Positions 1 to 8,444 of a DNA stretch of 64,000 nucleotides are shown one piece after another; the first letter of the stretch is position 1; every line of letters begins with the position of its first letter. Source of the DNA: an uncultured Spirochaetota bacterium (lineage in GTDB: Bacteria > Spirochaetota > Spirochaetia > SZUA-6 > Fen-1364); the NCBI GenBank assembly GCA_963845535.1, contig CAWJSK010000014.1, positions 96,001 to 160,000 of the forward strand. The letters run 5' to 3'. The notes below the pieces were generated by a model. It made no database searches. It saw only the letters and a program-made list of their open reading frames with translations, and was not told the origin of the DNA. The translations under genes were made by a program, and so were the position numbers.

Positions 1-268
1 CCATGCCGAGCTGGGAATGGATGTCGGCGAGGTAGACTTTGAAATCTGATCTCGTCCATGCCTTCTTCAGCGCGTCGCCACCCTTGTCATAGATGGCGTC
101 ATACTGCTCCTTGTTCAGAAGCGCGTGGAACTCCTTGACTCCCTGCTCTGCGCGGATCCTCGATTGACGCAGCCCGCACGACGCAAGAAGCAGGGCGCAG
201 AGGGCAACCAGGGCGACTCGGGCCGCGGTTGAAAGAGATCTCTCAGCGCAGGGCCGGTAGACGCGCAT
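1..268 (-). CDS. Lipoprotein of unknown function, truncated by the window edge
   Basis: Not in the ORF track. Manual translation from ATG 268 (GGAGGAGG upstream): MRVYRPCAERSLSTAARVALVALCALLLASCGLRQSRIRAEQGVKEFHALLNKEQYDAIY...; lipobox LLASC; frame open to position 1. Confidence 0.7.
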   Translation of the reverse strand, partial: MRVYRPCAERSLSTAARVALVALCALLLASCGLRQSRIRAEQGVKEFHALLNKEQYDAIYDKGGDALKKAWTRSDFKVYLADIHSQLGM

Positions 269-875
269 GCACCACCTCCTCAAGGGCTGTCATGACTTCA
301 CGGACGGACAGGGAATAGCCCTCACGTTCGAGGGTCGTACAGAAAACTTCATGAGTGCGGCCTCCGCGATAGTCCGGCACGCGTGATGGCATGGCGAGGT
401 ACCGCGTGAAGAGGGAAATATCGTTTCGGACAAGCAGGCTTGCCTGGTAGAAAAGGAGAAGGCGCGTTCGGTAGATCGAGGTGCCGAGGATCTTCTTTTC
501 CCTGATGGCGAGGTCCGAGATGCCCCGAGGTTCGACCCCCTGGACTCCCAGGTCCGCCAAAGCGTCCACGAACCATGAGTTGATCCGCGCAGCGTATTCC
601 TTGTTCCTGAAAGGCGAATCCACTGTCGTGACGCATGCAAGGACGACCTGGCCGGGGGTAAGAACTACCGTTCCTCCCCCGCCGCGCCTCCTGCGCCATG
701 GGATCCCGTCAGCGGCCAAGCGGTCCAGGAAGAGGTCAGCATCAGGATTGCCGCCGGCCCCGAGCACGGCGCAGGTTTCCGTGGGCTCGTAGATTCGTGA
801 GACGGGCCGCCCCTGGCGCTGGAACTCCTCCAGAAGGTCGCCGTTCACCGTGGGCTCCAGGGCGGGCGCGTTCAT
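243..875 (-). CDS. Lipoate-protein ligase A family protein (catalytic domain only)
   Basis: RRRGGGGTV motif, SDLAIREKKILG with the conserved Lys, PDYRGGRTH; 210 aa with no C-terminal domain. Confidence 0.8.
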   Translation of the reverse strand: MNAPALEPTVNGDLLEEFQRQGRPVSRIYEPTETCAVLGAGGNPDADLFLDRLAADGIPWRRRRGGGGTVVLTPGQVVLACVTTVDSPFRNKEYAARINSWFVDALADLGVQGVEPRGISDLAIREKKILGTSIYRTRLLLFYQASLLVRNDISLFTRYLAMPSRVPDYRGGRTHEVFCTTLEREGYSLSVREVMTALEEVVHARLPALR

Positions 876-1309
876 TGGCCCATCTTCTTCTTCAACTCGT
901 CAAGAGCGGCCTTTGATTCCTCCTCTTTCATGAGGCGGGAAAGGTCGTCCTTTTTCCCGACAACCATTTCGAGCTGGGCAAGGAGAAGATCCACGTCCAC
1001 AAGCCGGCCTCCCGTCATGCCAAGACGCGCGAGCTTGTCTTTCAGCACCGCGACTTTCGCTTTCAGGTCAGCCAGCTCAGCTTCGAGGGAGGCCTTTTTC
1101 CCGGTCACCTCGTCAAGTCGCGCTTGCGCCTGATTGGCAAGGGCCTCGTCCCCTTTCGAACGGGCAAGCTCCACCCTGCGCGTCCACAAGGACACCTCTT
1201 CTTCGGACGCCGCCAGCGCCTTCTCCGTCCTCTTGAGAGTCGTGATGAAGGCAAGAACGTAGTCCGATGCTTCCTTCGGCCCCAGTCCTTCGATATCAGT
1301 GTCGATCAT
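872..1309 (-). CDS. Short PspA/IM30-like coiled-coil protein
   Basis: WTRRVELARSKGDEALANQA resembles the PspA W-x-x-R-A-x-L-A...G-x-E-x-L-A segment; C-terminal ALDELKKKM; ATGA overlap with the next gene. Confidence 0.6.
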   Translation of the reverse strand: MIDTDIEGLGPKEASDYVLAFITTLKRTEKALAASEEEVSLWTRRVELARSKGDEALANQAQARLDEVTGKKASLEAELADLKAKVAVLKDKLARLGMTGGRLVDVDLLLAQLEMVVGKKDDLSRLMKEEESKAALDELKKKMGQ

Positions 1310-1522
1310 AGCTCACTCTTGGTAGAGAGTAGCACGAGTGGACTCCTGAAGAAACCGCCCTCGGGCTGGGGGTCAGCACGTCGCCACTGACGACTGCGCA
1401 GCGGATGGATTGCGCGAGGTCAGACCGTAACGATCGATATCAGAATACTAGTGTCGGATCCAGTGCGGCCAAGAGAACCCCGCAGGACTACATCTATCGT
1501 CTCTGCTGCCCTCGGGACGCCT

Positions 1523-2533
1523 CTAAAGCAGCAGAGAAAAGTTAAGAGAAACACTGAGAGCATCAAATGCAGCTCCAGCGTAGTTTGGATAAACAGTCGC
1601 CGAACCTGGTGTAGAAAGCGTGCCCGGGTAATTTACGCCTGATGCCGAGACCGTTTCAGTCCCAACCAGATTCCAGATGTGTCGATACGAGGCATCCAAG
1701 GAAAGTTCTACATTCGGTGAGAAAGAGAACCCGAGGTCGACTTCTGGCTCGATCATCCATCCCCCCGACATGTTATCGGAAATGTCTATTTCTCGAAGCA
1801 CATGGGTATCGAAGGAGTTGCACGAGACGGCGGGTGAAACCGTAAATATCGATGTGACTTCCCATTTCTGTCCAAATCTCAGGGCGGCCCGAACGCCCGC
1901 CCCGGCCATCAAGTAGGTTTGTTCATAGACGATGCTTGTTCCGTAAAGCGAATATCGTGGGTCTGTCGAATACTGAGGGTATGGCGGCGAAGGAGGAGTT
2001 GCGGAAAACCAACCTGGTGGATACTGCACGTAGCCATCGCGGGCACTCCAGTGACAGGACATGTACCCGAGACTGAGAAATGGTTCGACACTGAACGAAC
2101 TCCCCACGGAGAGCTCCCACCCCAACCGCGCGTCTACAAAGACCGCGCTATCGGTGAAAGAGTTGCTTTGCGAGAAGTTTGTCTTGTCCGTGTTGCCGTC
2201 GTAGGAGTAGTTCAACCAGTCCGAGTCGGTCATCAGGCCACTCTGTGAGGGAATCCCAACCCGTACCCTTACCATGCCATGCAACCCTCCCAAAGCTTTG
2301 ACTTCCAACGAAGACTCTTCAAAGAAAACCGGCTGCAATGCCCAGTCAAGCTCACTAATTGGAAAGGTGCCGACCAATACGAGCTCTTTTGCCGTCCCAT
2401 ACATGAAACCAACGCCCTCGCGCGCCACCAGTGAAACGCCCTGTGCTGATACCGATACGACTGGCAAGACGCCCCATAGGGCGATTAGGCTGATGATGAA
2501 AAGAAGCTGTGATGCTCCGCTGTGCCTTTTCAT
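1523..2533 (-). CDS. Omptin-family outer membrane protease
   Basis: Signal peptide, ISELDW motif, DSDW and DTH catalytic pairs, amphipathic beta strands. Confidence 0.8.
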   Translation of the reverse strand: MKRHSGASQLLFIISLIALWGVLPVVSVSAQGVSLVAREGVGFMYGTAKELVLVGTFPISELDWALQPVFFEESSLEVKALGGLHGMVRVRVGIPSQSGLMTDSDWLNYSYDGNTDKTNFSQSNSFTDSAVFVDARLGWELSVGSSFSVEPFLSLGYMSCHWSARDGYVQYPPGWFSATPPSPPYPQYSTDPRYSLYGTSIVYEQTYLMAGAGVRAALRFGQKWEVTSIFTVSPAVSCNSFDTHVLREIDISDNMSGGWMIEPEVDLGFSFSPNVELSLDASYRHIWNLVGTETVSASGVNYPGTLSTPGSATVYPNYAGAAFDALSVSLNFSLLL

Positions 2534-2570
2534 GATTCACCTCTTCAAATGCATCGAAGATAAAACAGAA

Positions 2571-2593
2571 AGCCGACTGTCCGACAGCCGGCT
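2571..2593 (-). terminator. Probable intrinsic terminator after the lipoprotein gene
   Basis: Minus strand AGCCGGCTGT-CGG-ACAGTCGGCT (10-bp stem, one G:U), followed by TTCTGTTTT. Confidence 0.5.
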
Positions 2594-2606
2594 CGATGCT
2601 TGTTCT

Positions 2607-3179
2607 CTACTTGCTCTTGAATTGAGTTTTCTTAAGTTTTGCAACATCGTCAGCGCTCAGCTTGACGATTTGGTTGGTTACCGTGATTAGCAAGCCGTCC
2701 TCAGTCCAGCTTTGCGTGCCCAGCTGAGGAGCAGTAGCCTTGGAACTTCCCTGAGGAGCTGCGTAGCTAACAGAGCCAGATTTGACCAAACCCCCATAGG
2801 ACATATAAAGAGAAAAGTAATTGTCTGCCCCGTTGGTCAGAATCCCGCCCTTGTTAACACTGACCGTGTAGGTGTCAGAGTAGTAATAGGAGGGATCTGT
2901 GGGCGCGCTTTCATAATAGCCTGGGTAGTAGTATCCGCTTATCGGATCTTGAAGAGTGTAATAAACGTTGTACGACCCGGCCGAGATCTGATACTCAGTG
3001 CTGGACGTGACTAGGCTAGGGAAACCACCGACGGACGCGCTGTATACGTACCCGTCCCAGGTCAGGTCTCCGTAGATGTTTCCGTCCTTGCCGCAGCTGG
3101 AAAGCAACAAGAGGACACCTAGAACAAGTAGCCCAATCAAAGCTCCTCTCTTAAGCGACACGTTTCTAAAAAGGCTCAT
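2607..3179 (-). CDS. Lipoprotein of unknown function
   Basis: Basic N-terminus, hydrophobic core, lipobox LLSSC, GGAG RBS; Tyr/Ser-rich beta-type body. Confidence 0.75.
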   Translation of the reverse strand: MSLFRNVSLKRGALIGLLVLGVLLLLSSCGKDGNIYGDLTWDGYVYSASVGGFPSLVTSSTEYQISAGSYNVYYTLQDPISGYYYPGYYESAPTDPSYYYSDTYTVSVNKGGILTNGADNYFSLYMSYGGLVKSGSVSYAAPQGSSKATAPQLGTQSWTEDGLLITVTNQIVKLSADDVAKLKKTQFKSK

Positions 3180-3384
3180 TTGTCTCCTCCAAGGCGGTGG
3201 TTTAGAGAAATTGGATACTTTACTGTAGGCTGACTTATTCTTGATGTCAAGTTGATTTTTTCCGGGGCCGCTCGTTCTTCCCTTGTGACGGTCGAGCCTT
3301 GAGATTCTTTATGACCACGTAGCGAAGCACTACTCCCTCCGAGAACGGGCATTCGAAGAAAATCGTTTGAAACGTCCGCTATGA

Positions 3385-3945
3385 TCAATGTTTCCAGGTT
3401 GCGAGTCCTATTGCCTCACTGGGGCTGCTCCGCGAAAGGTACCACATCGAAAGCTCGCTATCCTTCAGGATGACCGTAGGGACGAAAGGCCCACCCGCAT
3501 CCCAACTGCCCGAGCTTCCAAGATCCAAGACGGGATTGTTTGCCCACCGTGTCCAGTTTATCCCATCAGGCGAGGTCGCCATACCGATCCGGCAGGCATT
3601 GATGAACGTGCTGCTGTTCAGTCCCACGTAGAACATTTTGTACTGCGAGCCGTCGTAGAGCACCGATGGGGCATAGACGTAGCCATTCTCCCACGCGTTC
3701 GCGCTTTCGCTCGAAAAGACCGGATTCGACGCGCACTTTGTCCAGGTTTTCCCGTCCGGTGAAGTCGCCACGCCAATGCGGTAGGTCTGCGAGCTGTCGA
3801 TTCCGCTGTACCACATGGAGAAGGCGCTTCCTACTTTGACAACCGTAGGAGACTCAACCCATGCCTCGTCCCAGGACCCGGGTGAACCGAAGCTGAGAAC
3901 TGGGTTGCCCGAGAGACAAGCTCCCGGCTGAGTGATCCGCTGCCC
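3385..3945 (-). CDS. Five-bladed beta-propeller glycosidase-like repeat protein (GH43/32/130-like), N-terminally incomplete
   Basis: Repeats NPV..(G)SWD...PTV...MWY.G...IG.ATSPDG..WT; frame stays open upstream of ATG 3816 (GNPVLSFGSPGSWDEAWVESPTVVK) to a TGA near 3946. Confidence 0.65.
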   Translation of the reverse strand, partial: GQRITQPGACLSGNPVLSFGSPGSWDEAWVESPTVVKVGSAFSMWYSGIDSSQTYRIGVATSPDGKTWTKCASNPVFSSESANAWENGYVYAPSVLYDGSQYKMFYVGLNSSTFINACRIGMATSPDGINWTRWANNPVLDLGSSGSWDAGGPFVPTVILKDSELSMWYLSRSSPSEAIGLATWKH

Positions 3946-4186
3946 TCAAGGGAAGCGATTGAGGAAAGCGCCAGCTCTTCCCCAGGCTTGACGGGTATTC
4001 GCAGACCGGCGGGGTCTTCTTCCACCGAAGCTGTGCCGACGTTCGCCTCACGCGTCCAAAGCTTTGCCCAGGTATCCACGGGGATATCGAGGGATTGCAC
4101 GACCCCTGACGCGAAGTCGGCTGCTCCGGCAGAGCGCTGCATCATAGCTCAGAAGCTACCGCATCGATTCCCGAACTCCAACCGAC

Positions 4187-4723
4187 TCACCCCAGGGAGA
4201 CTACTCCCGAATTATCGATGGAAAGTACCGTCTTGCACCTGGGACAGCGAAACCGTCCCGATTTTACAACCCGAAGCTTTCTATCGCAGATTGGACATTC
4301 GATGGCCTTGGGGAAGGCCGGGACCTGGCCCCTTAAAAAGGCAGCCGCCTCATCCAGGGAATCGGAGCAGGCAAGCATTTTGTCCAGGCACATGAGCTTG
4401 AAGATTTCCATGACCTTTGGATGGGCATCGGCTATCGCAAGCGCTCCTCCCTTTTCTTTGGTTGCCTTTTGAAGCTGTACGAAGGCGCCGACTCCCATGC
4501 TGGACACATAATCCACGCCGCCAAGGAGGAATATCAGGTTAACGAAACCAGCGTCTATCACTCTCCTCGCGCTTCTCTGAAAGTATTGGGTGCTGTAAAG
4601 ATCGATTTGCCCTTTGGGCTTCAATACCAGGCAATTATCAACTCCCTCCACCTTTTGGAGCGTGATCGTAAGGAAGTCGCAGGTGTCTTCGTCAAAGCCG
4701 GGAAGAATGTCGTTATTGCTCAT
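4187..4723 (-). CDS. Anti-sigma factor antagonist (STAS) with C-terminal Zn ribbon
   Basis: GQIDLY and VDYVSSMGVG (phosphorylatable Ser); CPIC...CPRC. Confidence 0.85.
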   Translation of the reverse strand: MSNNDILPGFDEDTCDFLTITLQKVEGVDNCLVLKPKGQIDLYSTQYFQRSARRVIDAGFVNLIFLLGGVDYVSSMGVGAFVQLQKATKEKGGALAIADAHPKVMEIFKLMCLDKMLACSDSLDEAAAFLRGQVPAFPKAIECPICDRKLRVVKSGRFRCPRCKTVLSIDNSGVVSLG

Positions 4724-4834
4724 ATCTGGTCTATTTGGTCAGGCTCCTTTCTCAGGGTATCGCCTAGAAAAGTTAAGATATCGTAAGCCACAAATTGCGA
4801 TGGCAGCAGACACTGGCAGACACTGGCGCCAATA

Positions 4835-4888
4835 TTGACAAACATGGGTTTGTGAAGTTAACATCGTTCACGGGTGAAATACGTTAAC
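4835..4888 (+). promoter_or_regulatory. Sigma70-like promoter with overlapping inverted-repeat operator upstream of tetR
   Basis: TTGACA 4835-4840, TAACAT 4859-4864; GTTAACATCGTTCAC (4857-4871) and GTGAAATACGTTAAC (4874-4888) are imperfect inverted copies. Confidence 0.55.
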
Positions 4889-4913
4889 CAGGGATCTTGA
4901 TGCAACAGGAATC

Positions 4914-5516
4914 TTGATGCAAGTAGAAGACGGACGAGACACTGCAGGACTAATCCTCGATGCGGCGAGAGAAATCCTGGAGAAGCAGGGCTACGCTGGC
5001 CTCTCGATGCGCCGCATAGCGGCGCATGTCGGCATTTCGCAGGCCGCCATATACCGTCACTTTCCGGACAAGGACGGTCTGGTCAGATCAATCGCAAAAG
5101 CGGGCTATGATCGGCTTCTGGCCTCTTTGCTGGCGGCGCTCACCGAGGCCGGCGGTTCGGATGAGAGGAAAGTCGCCGAAGGCATCCGGGCCTATGTCGC
5201 CTTCGCCCTTGAGAACCCCGCGCAGTTTAGAGCCCTCCTCATCGAAGATGCGGGGCCAGCTCGCCCTGGTCGCGACAGCCTCCAGCCTGGGGTCGCTTTG
5301 AGGCGGAAAACCTTCGAGCTCATGGTCTCAGTCCTCCGTCACGGCGCGGAGTCCGGGAGCTTCGCCCCTTGCGACCCTGAGCTTTCAGCCCAGGCGGTCT
5401 GGACTTCGATGTTCGGATTAGCGGCCCGACTTGTCCTTGAATCCGAACTGACACCCGCACATCGCGAGGCTCTCATCGAGCGCCACATCGAGATCATCAT
5501 CCGCGGGCTGAGGTAG
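4914..5516 (+). CDS. TetR/AcrR family transcriptional regulator
   Basis: ILDAAREILEKQGYAGLSMRRIAAHVGISQAAIYRHFPDK helix-turn-helix. Confidence 0.92.
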   Translation: MMQVEDGRDTAGLILDAAREILEKQGYAGLSMRRIAAHVGISQAAIYRHFPDKDGLVRSIAKAGYDRLLASLLAALTEAGGSDERKVAEGIRAYVAFALENPAQFRALLIEDAGPARPGRDSLQPGVALRRKTFELMVSVLRHGAESGSFAPCDPELSAQAVWTSMFGLAARLVLESELTPAHREALIERHIEIIIRGLR

Positions 5517-6336
5517 GGGAATATGCGACGAAGAATCTTCACAGCCATTGGATCCATTTTCGGCCTGGTTGCATCCGCGATGCTGTCGGGCTGTGGGAAC
5601 CTGACGGGCGAGCTTTCAAGAGTCCTGGATGAAATGGAGAAATCGCAGACTGCCTCCGTGCGGCCGCCGCGACCAATCACCAAGCCTGACCTGGCTTCGG
5701 TGCCGCCGGTGGTCAGGCAATACCTGGAGTTTTCCGGGGTCGTGGGTAAGGTGCCGGTTCAGCGCGTGCGAGTAAAGCAGGAAGGGAGGATGAAAACCGA
5801 CCGTAAGGCGGGTTGGAGAAACTTTACTTCCGAAGAATACTATACCGTGAGTCCCAAGTCCTTCGCCTGGCTGGGAACTTTTCCTCTTATCGGTCCGCTT
5901 TCCATACAAGCCATCGACAAATTCATCGGCGGTCACGGCTCGCTGAAAATAAGGCTTTCACCCTTGTTCGACATGGGGACTACCACGGGACCGGAGAGCG
6001 ACGTTTCCGAGTTCATCAGGTTCTTCAGTGAAATGACCTGGTTCCCAACGGCCCTGCTCGACCACCACATCGCCTGGCAGGACCTGGGGAATCGTCATGT
6101 CAGGGCGACGATAAAAGACGAAGGACTGGAGGCCTCGGCGATCATCTCGTTCGGCGAAGATGGCGGGCTGCTCTCCTGGGCTACGGACGACCGCTTCGCT
6201 CTCATCGGCGGCAAAATGATACGGGCGCGATGGACGACATCAGGGGTGCTCGGCGATCTCTTGAACGTCGGAGGCTACAAGATTCCTCGGGGCGGCGCGG
6301 CGATCTATTCCCTTCCCGGCGGGGATTTTCACTATA

Positions 6337-7637
6337 GGGCGCCTCTAAAAACTAGCCATTTTCATTGAGTGTCTCGGTATCTCATGTTATTCTCCAATCA
6401 GGGTGGGGAATGAATCAACAACGCGGTTTCTTTGATGAACAAGAGCGTCTCCAGAAGTTGAGTAGCCAAGGCGATCCGCTTGAGAAACTCAACGCGACGA
6501 TGGATTGGGAAATATTTCGTCCGCTTTTGAAGCGATGCTTCAAGAAGGAACCCAAAGGACCAGGCGGGCGCCCGCCGTTCGATTACGTTTTGATGTTCAA
6601 GATCCTGATTCTCCAACGTCTGTACAATCTGTCGGATGCGCAGATGCAGTTTCAGATATTGGACCGTCTGAGCTTCCAACGGTTCTTGGGCCAGGGATTG
6701 CATGGGGAGGTGCCGGATGAAAAGACCATTTGGCTCTTTCGTGAGGTACTGAGCAAGCGTGGGTTAATCGAAAAGCTTTTCACGCTGTACCGCGCGCATT
6801 TGGAGAAGCTGGGGCTAATCGAAAATAACGGCAGCATCGTTGATGCGAGTTTTGTGGAAGTGCCGCGGCAGAGGAACAGTCGGGAGGAGAATCAAACGAT
6901 CAAAGAGGGAAAGATCCCGCGGATTGGAAAGAGGATCCTGCGAAGCTGAGGCAAAAGGATACCGAGGCGCGTTGGACGAAGAAGAACGAGCAGACTTACT
7001 ACGGGTACAAAGATCACGTGAAAGTGGATAGGCAGAGCAAACTGATTAAGACCTATGAGGTCACCGATGCCAGCGTGCATGATTCGCAAGTGCTGCCGTC
7101 GTTACTGCAGAAAACTGATGTGGATACGGAGCTGCATGCCGACAGTGCCTACCGCTCTGAGAAAATCGAGGACACCCTGCAGAAGCGTGGAGTGCAAAGC
7201 AAGATCCATGAGAAAGGGTATCGCAATCAACCGTTGAGCAAATCCCAGATGAGAAGTAACCGAGCGAAGTCGCGCATCCGTGCCCGGGTGGAGCACGTCT
7301 TCGCGCACATCACCAACTGCATGAACGGCTTTCGTATCCGCTCGATCGGAATCGTGCGAGCGCGGTCGAACATCGGGCTAATTAATTTGACCTACAACAT
7401 TGTGCGCTCGGTATATCTTCAGGGGGCGTAGTCTGCCCGGGATTCAACTGGAGGGTTAAAAGAGCAAGAAATAGGGACCGGGAGGCCGGGAAAAGAGCAA
7501 AAAACTGTTGAAAATCTGGAAATCGAAAATGATCCGGATAGACCGTACGAAAAAGCCAGCCTTCTGCTTTAAAATCACAGCATCATCGACCTGGCAGGAA
7601 GGAAAAGCATAAAAACACCTAGTTTTTCGAGGTCCCC
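6337..7637 (+). mobile_element. IS5-family insertion sequence, copy 1 (1301 bp)
   Basis: Terminal IRs GGGCGCCTCTAAAAACTAG / GGGGACCTCGAAAAACTAG (16/19); TSD TATA at 6333-6336 and 7638-7641. Confidence 0.93.
6410..7431 (+). pseudogene. IS5-family DDE transposase with a 1-bp frameshift near 6918
   Basis: RPPFD, DRLSFQRFLG, VPDEKTIWLFRE, IVDASF, YGYKDH, ADSAY, RARVEHVF; reads ATCCCGCGGATT where intact copy 2 has ATCCCCACGGATT. Confidence 0.88.
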
Positions 7638-7687
7638 TATATCGATATCCATATCACCGAAATAGAGTTCGATCCCCCGAAACTGTC

Positions 7688-8437
7688 CTATTGTTTCTGA
7701 TTCTTTCCTCGGCGCCGTGGGGCTGAGGTCTTTTTCACTTCGATGCCGAAGATCGCCCCAATGTCTTTCTCCGCAATCCTGCGGCCTGTTCCGCTCCCCA
7801 CGGCGGCTTGGACCGCGGTCTCCGCGTGCGCGCTCACCAGCTCCTCATGATCCACTCCCCGGAGAAGGAAGAGAAGCTCCGGCTTTTCGTCCAGGCGCGC
7901 GCCAACCCCGTAGAGTGTCGCCGCTACGTGCTTGCACATTACGGCCCAGTCAGGGCAGGTGCATTCCATGTGGATCTCCCGCGGAGAAGGGAAGAGGCCC
8001 TTCTGCCGGTCGGTGACCACCTCCATGACGCCGTCCGAGAGCCGCCCCTGGAGCAGGTCGAGCAACGAGCTGATCTGTCCCGTGCACCGCCGTTTGATGT
8101 CTTTCCACGCCGGCTTGCCCAGGGGTTCTATTTCGATGGTGACGGTGTACAGCGCGCTTCCTTGAACTTTGGCATGAATCAGGCCGGGCTTGATCTCCAG
8201 ATGGCACACGGAGCCGTTCCTGACGTACGTCCTCCCGCGGGGAAGGCGGTTTTCGAAATCGCTGAAAGACTCAAGGTGATCACACCAGGCCTTTCCCCAG
8301 AACGTGTGCGCAATCAGCCTTCCCTCGATGCGCACCGGCTGAACGGCCACGCCTTTCTTTCGCATGCTCGCGGTCTCACGTTCCACCTTGGCCTTGCGCT
8401 CCCGCACGGGAACGTAGCGCCGAAAACCGTACGCCAT
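7688..8437 (-). CDS. SWIM zinc-finger protein
   Basis: WGKAW, RLPRGRTY, AKVQGSALY, CTCPDWAVMCKH SWIM motif; likely ATG 8437. Confidence 0.9.
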   Translation of the reverse strand: MAYGFRRYVPVRERKAKVERETASMRKKGVAVQPVRIEGRLIAHTFWGKAWCDHLESFSDFENRLPRGRTYVRNGSVCHLEIKPGLIHAKVQGSALYTVTIEIEPLGKPAWKDIKRRCTGQISSLLDLLQGRLSDGVMEVVTDRQKGLFPSPREIHMECTCPDWAVMCKHVAATLYGVGARLDEKPELLFLLRGVDHEELVSAHAETAVQAAVGSGTGRRIAEKDIGAIFGIEVKKTSAPRRRGKNQKQ

Positions 8438-8444
8438 GATATTC

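Larger units (their letters stand above)
5523..7700 (+). pseudogene. DUF6544-like exported protein interrupted by an IS5-family element
   Basis: PPVVRQYL, Q-E-G-x-M and WFPTAL motifs; removing the IS and one TATA restores ...GGDFHYIDIHITEIEFDPPKLSYCF* ending at TGA 7698-7700. Confidence 0.75.

Noticed and set aside
6905..6930. Programmed frameshift in the copy 1 transposase
   Set aside because: Copy 2 is a single ORF and is 1 bp longer at this site, so this is a mutation or sequencing error
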